Assembly (NCBI GenBank): GCA_963699755.1
Contig: CAVOVB010000003.1
Location: 480,001-544,000 of the forward strand
Length of the DNA stretch: 64,000 bases
Reading direction: 5' to 3'
Origin: an uncultured delta proteobacterium
Lineage (GTDB): Bacteria; Myxococcota_A; Polyangia; Polyangiales; Houyiibacteriaceae
Program-made: the position numbers and the translations under genes
The notes under the pieces: model-generated
Databases searched by the model: none
What the model was told of the DNA's origin: nothing
The model's input: the letters and a program-made list of their open reading frames with translations, nothing else
Part shown: piece by piece, positions 31,873 through 41,215 of the stretch
How positions within the stretch are numbered: the stretch's first letter is position 1
Layout: each line of letters starts with the position of its first letter

Positions 31873-33252
31873 TCAATAGACGAGGCTCGGACGGGACTTT
31901 GGAGGTGCTGGCTCATCCCTAAGGGCGCGTGCGAAGGCGGCGAAGTCGGTCCGAACGGCCCGATGGAGACGGTGCGGCAAGCCTCTCACGATGAGGACGG
32001 CGCGCCCCTTTCGCTCGACGCTCGCGTCCGAATCCTTGGGCGAGACCTTGCGCGCCGCCGAAAGGGCCTCTTGGGCGTCCGAATCGCTGTCCCAGCTCGT
32101 CCACCAGACGACGGCGATCTCTTGTTTGCGCCGGTAGACCACCAGCCGGTCGCCTCCCCAGCCGGCCGCGGCTTGCTCGTCCGTGCCCGAGGGGCGTCCT
32201 TGGCCGAGGTAGACGCTGAGCTCCAGCTCGCCGAGCGTATCTTCTGCCATGCGATCGAACCCTGCGGTGAGGAGCGCTTCGTTGTCGGGAATCCGAATAT
32301 CTTCGGCCGGCTCACGGGCGAAGTATTTGTCGGGATGTAGGATCTGCTCGCTCGTCGGCGGGGGGCGGCGATGGGCGTTGTTCACCGCAGGCCAGCCGCC
32401 GCGACCTTGCACGGCAGCCACGAACTGGAGCCCTCTGAGGTAGGGCGCGACCAGCGTTACCCTGAGAATTGCCGGAGCATCATCGAGCTTGTCTCCGCGC
32501 ACGAGGGCGTTGAGGTCGACGTAGTCACCCATCTGCTGAATGCCGGCGGTGGCCGCCGACAAGGGAATGCCCTGTTGCCGTAGAGCCTGCGCGAGCATGG
32601 CCAGGGTGGCGTCTCCCTCGACGACCGCGCGGAAGGCATTGTCGGCATCCGCAGTGCGCTCCTTTTCATAGGATTCGCCTAGCCCGAGGCGTTGATCCTG
32701 AAGCGCATGGACCAGCTCGTGGACGAGCACCAGGCGTGCCTCCTGAGTTTGCTCGGGACCGAACGATCCGAGCAGGCCCGCCATCACGTCGTCGCGGATG
32801 ACCAGGCGTCCGCTCTCCGGATCGTAGTAACCGATGACCTGCTCGCCTAATATGTCGGCGAACATGCTCTGCAGGTCCGCTTCCGCATCGAGTAGACCGA
32901 GCCCGCCATAGAGGAGCCTTGCCCGCTCGATCTCTTCTTCTTTGATTTGGGACCGCAGGCTGCGCGCGATCGCATCGCCGTCTTCGATTTCAATCGTGAC
33001 CTGACGTCGCAACCTCAGTTGCCGAACGGACTCCGCCGCGCGGATGAGTTTTTCCACCGCGGCCCGCTCCTTCGCGGTCGCGCGTCGCGCGACGCCAACC
33101 TGTGGCTCGGCAGGGCGATCCGACAAAGGCCTGGTCAGTGTCGGGCCCTGGGGCTCGGTGGAGGCGAGCGGCAGGCTCGTCTCCGGTCTGGCCTGCCGAT
33201 GGCAGCTACTCAGGAAGAGAGCAGCGGCCAAGCAGGCGACCCATCGACTCAT
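31873..33252 (-). CDS. lipoprotein with HExxH zinc-metallopeptidase motif
   Basis: Lipobox LSSC; 'GYYDP', 'VHELVHALQDQ', 'VVEGDA', 'TSEQILHP', 'AAAGWGGD'. Confidence 0.8.
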   Translation of the reverse strand: MSRWVACLAAALFLSSCHRQARPETSLPLASTEPQGPTLTRPLSDRPAEPQVGVARRATAKERAAVEKLIRAAESVRQLRLRRQVTIEIEDGDAIARSLRSQIKEEEIERARLLYGGLGLLDAEADLQSMFADILGEQVIGYYDPESGRLVIRDDVMAGLLGSFGPEQTQEARLVLVHELVHALQDQRLGLGESYEKERTADADNAFRAVVEGDATLAMLAQALRQQGIPLSAATAGIQQMGDYVDLNALVRGDKLDDAPAILRVTLVAPYLRGLQFVAAVQGRGGWPAVNNAHRRPPPTSEQILHPDKYFAREPAEDIRIPDNEALLTAGFDRMAEDTLGELELSVYLGQGRPSGTDEQAAAGWGGDRLVVYRRKQEIAVVWWTSWDSDSDAQEALSAARKVSPKDSDASVERKGRAVLIVRGLPHRLHRAVRTDFAAFARALRDEPAPPKSRPSLVY

Positions 33253-34922
33253 GGTGCACCGTTCACGTCCACCGTGATGAGCGGGCGCTTTCGGTGACTG
33301 TGTACCAGGAAGCGTCGAGCGGCTTCAATTGCGGCTTCTTCGAGCTCCGCCGGGCCGGTGAATCGCCGCCCTCTGAGCTGGTTGCGGACTTGCTCTGCGA
33401 TCTTGCGTTCAATTTGGGCGCGGTCCGCGGCATCGAAGACACCTCGGGAAAGCACTCGCGGGAACCTGTGACTCCGTCCATCTCTGAGTGAGAGAAGGAC
33501 CGTGATCAGGCCTGCCGAGCCCATCGCGCGCCGCTCGGCGATGACCTCGGAGCTCAAGGACTGCATGCCGGCGATGTACACGCGCGCCGTTGGGATGGTG
33601 TCGACGATGCGCATCGCGTCTTTGGTGACCTCGAGCACGCTGCCGTTTTCGACCAGCTGTGTTTGCGCGATTCCCTCTTCAACCGCGAGCTCGAGATGGC
33701 GGCGCTGGTGATGGTGCGTCCCGTGCACCGGAACGAAGGCGTTGGGCCGCAGAAGTCGAATCATGCTCCGTTGCTCTTCACGGCAACCATGCCCACTCGC
33801 ATGAATGTCCGGGTGCCGGTCGCGAGTGATGACCTCAAGGCCGCGTCGCTCGAAGCGGTTGACGAGATCGAAGACGCTCAGCTCGTTGCCGGGAATGGCG
33901 CGCGAAGAGAAGATCACGGTGTCACCAGCTTCGAGGTGCACGCGCGCGTGCTCGTCGCGTGCCAATCGCGTCAGCGCCGAGGCTGCCTCGCCCTGAGTCC
34001 CGCCGGCGAGGATCAGAACCTTGTCGCGGCGCAGACTGTCGACCTCTTCGGGCGCGACCAAGAGGTCGTCGACCGATGGGATCAAGCCCAATGCGCGAGC
34101 GGTCTCGGTGTGCTTGCGCGCCGACATCCCGAGTAGGCATACCTTGCGGCCTCTTTCTCGCGCGATCCGCAGGGCCGCCCTCAAACGGAAGGCGTTCGAC
34201 GAGAAGGTTGCCACAACGACGCGGTGAGGGGAGCGAGCAATCCATTGTTCGAGGGCTGCCTCGGCATCGCGCTCGAGCCGCGCGCGCCCTTCGACATCGG
34301 CTCCAGTCGAATCACTCAAGAGGAGGCGCACCCCCTTGCTTCCCAATTGCTCCAGCCTTGTCCGGTCGAAGCGCTGGCCCTCGCAAGGGTCCGATTCGAT
34401 TTTGAAGTCGCCGGTGTGCACGACTGTGCCCACCGGTGTATCTATGATGAGTCCCGTCGCGTCCGCGATCGAGTGGTGCACGGCAAAGCGCTCCACCGAG
34501 ATCGAGCCGATTTGCGCGCGACTCCCTGCGGGGCTCACCCGCAGGTCGACGTTCTTGAGGCGGTGCTCCTTGAGGCGATCCTCGATCAAGGCGGCGGCGT
34601 AGGGTGGCGCGAAGACCGGCACCCGGAGCTTCTTCAGGAAGTAGGGAAGGGCGCCGATGTGATCTTCGTGCCCGTGGGTGATGACGATCGACTCGAGGCT
34701 CTTGCGCTGCTGCAGCAGCCAGTCGAAATCAGCGTGGACCAGCTCGGCACCTTCCTCATCGGTGAAACCGATCCCGCAGTCGATCGCGATCGTGGTGTCA
34801 CCGCAGACCATCGCGGCGCAGTTCATTCCGACCTCGTTGAGCCCACCAAGGGGTATGAACTGCAAACTATCCGTCACGGAGCTCCTCGCTGCGGGGCTAA
34901 AGGCCGCGCTCGCTTTGGTCAA
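33249..34922 (-). CDS. rnj: ribonuclease J (start may be GTG ~34877)
   Basis: 'IPLGGLNEVGMN', 'THGHEDHIG', 'HTGDFK', 'LLSDST', 'GTQGE', 'HASGH', 'PVHG'. Confidence 0.94.
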   Translation of the reverse strand: MTKASAAFSPAARSSVTDSLQFIPLGGLNEVGMNCAAMVCGDTTIAIDCGIGFTDEEGAELVHADFDWLLQQRKSLESIVITHGHEDHIGALPYFLKKLRVPVFAPPYAAALIEDRLKEHRLKNVDLRVSPAGSRAQIGSISVERFAVHHSIADATGLIIDTPVGTVVHTGDFKIESDPCEGQRFDRTRLEQLGSKGVRLLLSDSTGADVEGRARLERDAEAALEQWIARSPHRVVVATFSSNAFRLRAALRIARERGRKVCLLGMSARKHTETARALGLIPSVDDLLVAPEEVDSLRRDKVLILAGGTQGEAASALTRLARDEHARVHLEAGDTVIFSSRAIPGNELSVFDLVNRFERRGLEVITRDRHPDIHASGHGCREEQRSMIRLLRPNAFVPVHGTHHHQRRHLELAVEEGIAQTQLVENGSVLEVTKDAMRIVDTIPTARVYIAGMQSLSSEVIAERRAMGSAGLITVLLSLRDGRSHRFPRVLSRGVFDAADRAQIERKIAEQVRNQLRGRRFTGPAELEEAAIEAARRFLVHSHRKRPLITVDVNGAP

Positions 34923-34986
34923 GGCAACAATTGCCCCGTTGACCCTGGTGATCCCTGCGTGCTACGCCCCGGACCGCACGGGTTCA

Positions 34987-37044
34987 ATGCGCCGTTTCTT
35001 AGCGATTATCTGGGTAGTTTCTTTGGGGGCAACGTCGGCCGCGGCGCAGGGGCCGACGTCCGACGCCACAGCCCCGGGGGCGCGTGCGAATGCGGCGACC
35101 GCTGAAGAAGAGGCGATCGAGAACGAGGAGGAAGCCGCCCCTGAGCCTAGCCGAGAAGAGGAGCTCCCTCCCCAGCTCAGGGCTCCTAGCATCGAGGGCC
35201 TCGAGCTCCCGACGGCGCCAAGCTCGGATGCGGATGGGGAGCTCGAGGAGTACGAAGAAGACGAATTCGACGAGGACGCGATGGCAGCTGACGACGCGAA
35301 GCTCCTCGGCATGGCCGAGCCGCCTGCCGCCGATCCGACCCTCGCCAACTGGACCAACCCCCGCCCGGTGTTCTCTCTCAATGGCTATTTCCGCGTGCGC
35401 GGCGAGTACTATGACAACTTTGCCCTCGGCCGCGTCCCGGTCAGTCGGCTCAACGAAGATCCTTTTGCGCGTTGGATCCAGCTCGACAACGCCCCATCCA
35501 CCACAGAGGGCGGCGTGCTGCCGGCCGGCAACTGCAAGGGCGCGCCCTCGTCCGTGCCCGACGCGGCGCTACGTTGTGATGGCAGCGCGACGACACGCTT
35601 TGCGAATATGCGGCTTCGGCTGCAGCCGACGCTATCGCTCAGTGATAACATTCGCGTCCACATGATGGTCGATGCATTCGACAACCTCGTGCTCGGGTCC
35701 ACACCCGAAGTGAAGTCGGTCGATCAGTTTGGTCAAATCACCGGCCGTGCGCCGGGGGTTCCACTCGACAGCCTGACCCGGACCTCACCGCCGCCCGAGT
35801 CTTTTCGAAATACCGTCGGCGATACCATCCTCGTCCGAAGGGTCTGGGGCGAAGTGACGAACAGCACGATCGGTCAGCTCCGGTTCGGCCGGATGGGCAA
35901 CCAATGGGGCCTCGGCATGCTCTGGAATGCGGGCGAGGGGACCAACGTGCTCGGCACCGAGCTCGATGCCGACTTCCAGTCGGAGGTCGATCGGATTCAA
36001 CTGATCGGCAAGTTCAAAGGGATCTTCTTCGGGGTTTCCTGGGACTTTGCCAGCAAGGGCTACATCGCCGATCCCGTCGCGAACATCCAAGCCATTCCCC
36101 GCGATGCCAGCCGCCTGGACGACGTCAAGCAATGGAGCTTTCTCTTCGCGCGCCGGCTCGATCCACTCGCGCGCGACAAGCGCCTTGCCCGTGGCAAATG
36201 GGTGATCAACGGTGGCGCTTACTTCATCTACCGTTCGCAGTTCCTTTCGACTTCGGGCGCGCCGCTGCTCGGAACCCCGAGCGTCGTCGAGAACAGCTTC
36301 GTTCGGCGTGATGCAAAGGTCTACATACCAGACGGCTGGCTGCAGGTCCTTTGGAAGGATCTCCGCCTCGAGCTGGAGTTCGCGGGATTCTTCGGACAGA
36401 TTCAAAACGTCGAGGCTACGGAGTTCCCCAGCACGGCCGAAGGGAATAGGTTCAAGCTCCGTCAGTGGGGCTTCGCATTCGAAGGCGAGTATCGCTTCCT
36501 GCAAAAGAAGCTCGGCGTCTTTCTCAAAGGCGGTGCTGCTTCGGGCGACCCCGACGTCGTCGGGCTCTCGCAGTATGAGAACCTCATCGCTCAACCGGTT
36601 GGGCAGAAGGTCATCTCCAACTTCTCGTTTCACCCCAACTACGAGATCGATCTGATTCTTTGGCGAAACATCCTGGGTGCCATCAGCGGAGCCTATTATC
36701 TCGCGCCGGCAATCAGCTACGATATCATTCGTAGCGACTTCGGGCGGGTGCTCGGCGCGCGTATGGACTTCATTTACAGCCGCGCGATGTACGAGCAGCA
36801 GACCTACTCATCCGAGCCGAACTTGGGCGCCGAAATCGACCTGTCGATTTACTATCGGACCGAGGACGGGCCCAAGATTAGCGACGGTTTCTTTGCAGCG
36901 TTTCAGTTCGGGATCCTGTTTCCGCTGAACGGGCTCCGGTACCTGGAGGTGAACGGCAACCGCGAGCCGCTGGATGCTGGCACCGATGTGGGTGGAATTC
37001 GTCGCGCGATGGCGCTCCGCCTGGTCTTGGGCATCGCGTTCTGA
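34987..37044 (+). CDS. TIGR04551-like myxobacterial outer-membrane beta-barrel protein
   Basis: Signal peptide, acidic linker, 'ANMRLRLQP', 'DNLVLGSTP', 'LRFGRMGNQWGLGM', 'NFSFHPNYEIDLILWR', terminal Phe. Confidence 0.8.
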   Translation: MRRFLAIIWVVSLGATSAAAQGPTSDATAPGARANAATAEEEAIENEEEAAPEPSREEELPPQLRAPSIEGLELPTAPSSDADGELEEYEEDEFDEDAMAADDAKLLGMAEPPAADPTLANWTNPRPVFSLNGYFRVRGEYYDNFALGRVPVSRLNEDPFARWIQLDNAPSTTEGGVLPAGNCKGAPSSVPDAALRCDGSATTRFANMRLRLQPTLSLSDNIRVHMMVDAFDNLVLGSTPEVKSVDQFGQITGRAPGVPLDSLTRTSPPPESFRNTVGDTILVRRVWGEVTNSTIGQLRFGRMGNQWGLGMLWNAGEGTNVLGTELDADFQSEVDRIQLIGKFKGIFFGVSWDFASKGYIADPVANIQAIPRDASRLDDVKQWSFLFARRLDPLARDKRLARGKWVINGGAYFIYRSQFLSTSGAPLLGTPSVVENSFVRRDAKVYIPDGWLQVLWKDLRLELEFAGFFGQIQNVEATEFPSTAEGNRFKLRQWGFAFEGEYRFLQKKLGVFLKGGAASGDPDVVGLSQYENLIAQPVGQKVISNFSFHPNYEIDLILWRNILGAISGAYYLAPAISYDIIRSDFGRVLGARMDFIYSRAMYEQQTYSSEPNLGAEIDLSIYYRTEDGPKISDGFFAAFQFGILFPLNGLRYLEVNGNREPLDAGTDVGGIRRAMALRLVLGIAF

Positions 37045-37056
37045 GCCGAGCGGGGC

Positions 37057-37686
37057 TCACTCTTGCAGCAGGGCTTCCGCTTTTGCAGCAAGCCGCCGGC
37101 GCCTGCACCCTTCGGCAAGGACGATGCCCCGGAGCTGGGCGAGCGCACGCTGAAGCTCGTCGTTGACGATCATGTAATCGAAGAACGGGTAGTGTCCGAT
37201 CTCCTCGCGGGCCTTGTCGAAGCGGCGTTGCCGTGTTTCGGCGTCGTCGGAGCCACGTCCGTCGAGTCGGCGGCGCAGCTCGGCCATCGAGGGCGGCAAA
37301 ATGAAGACCCCGACGGCGTCCGGGTACTTCTCTTTGATCTGACGAGCGCCCTGATAGTCGACGTCGAACAGCACGCCGAGTTTTCGCGCGGCCCTCGCGA
37401 TGTTGATTTCGCTCACGCTGGTGCCGTAGAGATTGCCGTGAACCTCGGCCCACTCCGCGAAGCCGTTCTCGGCGATGATATCGTGGAAGGCGTCTTCGCT
37501 CACGAAGTGGTAGTCCTGACCGTCTACTTCGTTTGCGCGGGGTTGGCGTGTCGTGTGCGAGACGCTGAACCTCAGCTCCGGAAACTCCTGCAGCAGCCGT
37601 CGGGTGAGGGTCGTCTTTCCCGCGCCCGACGGCGAGCTGATGATCAACAAGATGAGATCCGGATCGGTCGACGGAGCGACACTCAT
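37057..37686 (-). CDS. gmk: guanylate kinase
   Basis: 'SSPSGAGKTT', 'SVSHTTRQPR', 'DGQDYHF', 'VHGNLYGT', 'FILPPS'. Confidence 0.97.
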   Translation of the reverse strand: MSVAPSTDPDLILLIISSPSGAGKTTLTRRLLQEFPELRFSVSHTTRQPRANEVDGQDYHFVSEDAFHDIIAENGFAEWAEVHGNLYGTSVSEINIARAARKLGVLFDVDYQGARQIKEKYPDAVGVFILPPSMAELRRRLDGRGSDDAETRQRRFDKAREEIGHYPFFDYMIVNDELQRALAQLRGIVLAEGCRRRRLAAKAEALLQE

Positions 37687-37731
37687 TGCACTACCCTTTC
37701 GATGCGACCAGTATTGCTTCACAGCGCTCGG

Positions 37732-38607
37732 TCAAAGCACATTCTGCGACTGTTCTCTCATTTGCTCGATGCAGGCCTTCAGCGCAATCACGTGCGCGGT
37801 CATGGTTGCATCCTGCACTTTCGATCCGATCGTGTTGGCTTCGCGCGCCATCTCTTGAAGTAGAAAGTCGATGCGCTTCCCGACCGCTGCGCTCGAATTC
37901 TCGACTAGCTCCAACATTTGGTCACGGTGGCTTTCGAGACGTACCAGCTCCTCCGTGACGTCGGAGCGATCTGCGAGGACTGCGATCTCCTGCTCGAACC
38001 GAGAGGGGTCGAGCTCGGTATCGACCACGGAAAGCAGGGTCTCGAGTCGATCGCGAAGCCGGGACCTGCGGCTCTCGACGAGATCGGAAGCTCCAGCCTT
38101 GAACGCCCCGACGATCTCGCTCAGCGTCGCAAGTTGGCAGCTGAGCTCCGAGGCTAAGGCATCGCCCTCCTTGTCACGCATGGCGATCACCGCTTCGCAC
38201 GCTTCTTTGGTCGCCTGCTCGAGTGAGCGTTCGAGCGCCTCTTCATCGATGGCACGATCGATGACGAACAAGTCGGGCACCGAAGAGAGCAGACCGAGCG
38301 GAACAGGCTCAGTAGGGTTGAGAGCATCCCGCAGCGCCGCGAGCTCCTTGTAGACCGCGCGCGCGCGATCGAGATCTAGCGTGGGTTGCGGAAGCGTCTG
38401 GCCCTCGAAGCGCGCGCTCACATCGACACGCCCGCGCTCCAGGCGCTCTCGAATCACGCGCTCGACGGTCGACGTGCGGCTTTGAATCCGAGATGGAAGT
38501 TGCACACGCACGTCTAGGAAGCGATGGTTGACGGTGCGAACCTCGAGCACGATCTGTCCTTCGCCGAGCGCTGCCCGCCCGCTTCCGTATCCAGTCATGC
38601 TCCGCAT
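37732..38607 (-). CDS. yicC: YicC/YloC family endoribonuclease
   Basis: 'SMTGYG', 'VNHRFLD', 'EELVRLESH', 'GKRIDFLLQEMAREANTIGSK', 'EQMREQSQN'; upstream of gmk. Confidence 0.95.
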   Translation of the reverse strand: MRSMTGYGSGRAALGEGQIVLEVRTVNHRFLDVRVQLPSRIQSRTSTVERVIRERLERGRVDVSARFEGQTLPQPTLDLDRARAVYKELAALRDALNPTEPVPLGLLSSVPDLFVIDRAIDEEALERSLEQATKEACEAVIAMRDKEGDALASELSCQLATLSEIVGAFKAGASDLVESRRSRLRDRLETLLSVVDTELDPSRFEQEIAVLADRSDVTEELVRLESHRDQMLELVENSSAAVGKRIDFLLQEMAREANTIGSKVQDATMTAHVIALKACIEQMREQSQNVL

Positions 38608-38614
38608 GAAACGA

Positions 38615-39127
38615 CTACTCGAGCCCGCGCTTGTGCTTGATCAGATCCATGACTTTGGCGTACTCGACCTCGAAAGCGGAGGTGCCTTCTTGGAGGTTTT
38701 TGATCTTCGAGCGCACCTCGGCATCTAGCCCGGTGTCGACTTCCATGTGCCGGCGCAAGATGGGCGTCATCTTCTTTCGAAGCGTGGCGTCATCCGCGTA
38801 GATCTCGATGACATTGCTACTGTGGAAGAGCATGTTGAGCAGTTGATCGACGAGGTAGGGAAGGACTTCATCTTGCTGCGGGAACCCCATCTCCTTTGCG
38901 ACGCGCTGTCGCATCTGGCCGAGCTTGGAGTAGCCCAGGCCTTCTCGCTCCATGCGATCTTTCGACTCGTCGATCAGCTGGCGTTCCCGCCGGACGTATT
39001 CCTTGAGCACGGCTTCGAGATCGAGCCGAACCTCGGCTACCTCCTCGACTTCGATGTCGTCGCCGGCGCTGAGAGCCCGTACCAGGTCGTCGACAATCGG
39101 GCCAATTTTTCCTGAATAAAGTCGCAT
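38615..39127 (-). CDS. DUF507-like protein
   Basis: 'MRLYSGKI', duplicated helical unit, 'LDAEVRSKIKNLQEGT...EY'. Confidence 0.7.
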   Translation of the reverse strand: MRLYSGKIGPIVDDLVRALSAGDDIEVEEVAEVRLDLEAVLKEYVRRERQLIDESKDRMEREGLGYSKLGQMRQRVAKEMGFPQQDEVLPYLVDQLLNMLFHSSNVIEIYADDATLRKKMTPILRRHMEVDTGLDAEVRSKIKNLQEGTSAFEVEYAKVMDLIKHKRGLE

Positions 39128-39266
39128 GCTTATGATGTCGGCCCTCGACCTGGAGCGACTCCCTCCTGAATGCGGCGACACTAGCTAAGGCCAGGCTGCA
39201 GGTCAATACGAAGGAGAAAACGCGCTTTTTAGTGATTTTGGCAAACTATGCCTTGACGGTAATCCT

Positions 39267-40028
39267 TTGGTCATGCAACATACCGTTAAGGCTGTAACTA
39301 TGGATTCTAATGCTCCTGCACTGCAAAACGGCTCCGGCGCGCGTCGACTGCGTACCACGGAGGAACGCCGTGCGAGGATTCTCGCTCGCTGCAGGGTTTT
39401 CGAGACATTGGCACCCGTGCTGCGGGAGCAGGTCTTGAACGGAAGCGCATTGGTGGATGCCGATCGCCGCGAGTCCCTTTGCATGCCTAGCGACCCTGCG
39501 ATCTTCGCGATTGGCAGCGGTCGAGTTCGGCGCGTGCGCCGCGCACCGGAACGAGAATTGACGCTCGGCTACTACGGCCCTGGCGATCTGGTTGGCGAGA
39601 TGTCGCTGGTCGATCCCGAAGCGCGGCTCGAAACGGTGGTTTTGGATTATGTGGAAGCGCTACGCATTCCGCCTCGGCTCATCAAAATGGTGATGGAAGA
39701 GGACCTCGGATTCGCTTCCGCTATGCATCGATTGATGGGGGAACGCCGCCTGCTCGCAGAACGGCGAATCGATGCACTGCTCACGCGAAGCGTAGAATCG
39801 CGTGTTGCAGAGTTTCTACTCGATGCGTCTTCGAGGCACGGTATTCCCGATTCACGGGGAATCCTGATCGGTGTGAAGTTCACTCATCAGGAGATTGCGA
39901 GCTATGTAGGCTCGACACGGGAAACCGTCACACTGGTGCTCGGCGCCTTCAAGAGGGCTGGCCTGATCGATACCGATCACCGCCGCGTCGTCATCAGAGA
40001 CATCGCAGGACTGCGCAAGAGGGTCTAA
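39267..40028 (+). CDS. Crp/Fnr family transcriptional regulator (start uncertain; ATG 39273 or 39300 possible)
   Basis: cNMP-like 'SGRVR...GPGDLVGE' and HTH 'FTHQEIASYVGSTRETVT'. Confidence 0.9.
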   Translation: MVMQHTVKAVTMDSNAPALQNGSGARRLRTTEERRARILARCRVFETLAPVLREQVLNGSALVDADRRESLCMPSDPAIFAIGSGRVRRVRRAPERELTLGYYGPGDLVGEMSLVDPEARLETVVLDYVEALRIPPRLIKMVMEEDLGFASAMHRLMGERRLLAERRIDALLTRSVESRVAEFLLDASSRHGIPDSRGILIGVKFTHQEIASYVGSTRETVTLVLGAFKRAGLIDTDHRRVVIRDIAGLRKRV

Positions 40029-40098
40029 CAGCAAAAGGGGAGCGTCCGAACGGTGCGCGGCCTGGGGGGGCCGCTGCCGGGCGGACGGTTTTGTCTAC

Positions 40099-40509
40099 CG
40101 TACGACGGGGCGCGGAACAAACCCGTCACGCGGCTGCATCGAACGGCTCGGCGTGCAGATGTGGTTGGAAGCACCTGGGGCCTGGACCACGCACGCCGAG
40201 CCTCGGAACTCGCGCCAATCGGGGGTGGTTGCTGTCTTGCCGATTGTCACTCGTTACGTCGACTCCACCCCATGACGGGCTTTTTCCGCCCCCTCCACAC
40301 GAAGACAGGACCCACCACCTTTCCCAACGGCAGGCGGCAGCGCGAGCCCGACGGGCGAAGCCCGGCGCGAATGCGCCGGCAAGGCAGAGCGAAGCAAATG
40401 CCGCCCCAGGGAGGACTACGGGCTGGGGTGGGCGGGCGGTGTAACAAAACCAAACCAGCTCTCACACCTAGCAACCATCCAAGCTCAGATCTCCGCCGCT
40501 GTTACCGCG
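40099..40509. repeat. structured intergenic repeat, copy 1 (homologous to 51628-51919)
   Basis: Colinear similarity to copy 2 including a 56-nt block with 54 identities; several hairpins; boundaries approximate. Confidence 0.85.
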
Positions 40510-40533
40510 TCTGAGAAAGGGGACCGTCCCCTC

Positions 40534-41184
40534 TTAAATCAGCTCGTCCTTGTCGTTCAGCTTCTTTTCCATCCGGTCGATCAAGCCGCTCCAGCCCTCT
40601 TCCTTGATCACCCGGCGAAACTGCCGCTTGTAGTTCATCACGAGGCTCACGTCGTCGGTGAAGATGTCGAAGACTTTCCACTCTGTACCGGCGGGGCTCA
40701 TGCTGTAGTCGATGGTGATAGCGGGTTGGCGCCTCTTCTTCGTGGACTTGGCCGACGACTTCACTTTGACGCCGGTTTCGATTGGTTCGGTGCCGACCCA
40801 GGTCACTTTGTACTCGAGCGTCGACTCCATGTTGCGTTGGTACTGACGCTCGACCAGCTGCCTTAGGAGGCTCACGAAGCGATCGCGCTCTTTCGGGGAG
40901 CGCTTTGCCCATTCTTTGTCGAGGGAGAGTCTTGCGAGCCGGTCGTAGTCGAGGAACTCGCCGAGGAGCACCGTGAGCTCTGCGGCGCGTACAGGAGTGT
41001 CGGGTTTCCGAAGAACCGCGCGTACCTTGTTATGCTTGGTGCGGATGAAACCCTCGGCCTCTGCCGCCTGGGCATCGGAAACCACGAGCTCGGATGCGTT
41101 GCTGGCGGCTTCCTCTGCGGCTGCGGGACCTGCAAGCCACAAAGAAGCAAGAGCCAGGCCTGTGATGATGAATAGTCGAGTCAT
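40534..41184 (-). CDS. MlaC/Ttg2D-like periplasmic lipid-binding protein
   Basis: Signal peptide; 'LDYDRLARLSL', 'WKVFDIFTDDVSLVMNYKRQF...GWSGLIDRM'. Confidence 0.85.
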   Translation of the reverse strand: MTRLFIITGLALASLWLAGPAAAEEAASNASELVVSDAQAAEAEGFIRTKHNKVRAVLRKPDTPVRAAELTVLLGEFLDYDRLARLSLDKEWAKRSPKERDRFVSLLRQLVERQYQRNMESTLEYKVTWVGTEPIETGVKVKSSAKSTKKRRQPAITIDYSMSPAGTEWKVFDIFTDDVSLVMNYKRQFRRVIKEEGWSGLIDRMEKKLNDKDELI

Positions 41185-41215
41185 ATCTTTCCCGTAGACG
41201 AGCTTCGTGCCCGGT

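Noticed and set aside
39267..40028. Calling the Crp/Fnr regulator mrpC
   Set aside because: Only family-level motifs are recognisable and no mrpAB genes are adjacent
40323..40445. Integron attC site (CCCAAC start, internal palindromes)
   Set aside because: No matching GTTRRRY end or single long imperfect hairpin, no integrase, and flanking genes are not cassette-like
40053..40514. ORFs across the repeat copies (e.g. 40053-40514, 51383-51874 sharing RRQREPxGRSPARMRRQG)
   Set aside because: Shared peptide is a by-product of nucleotide identity; indels elsewhere break the frame and the variation pattern fits base pairing, not codons
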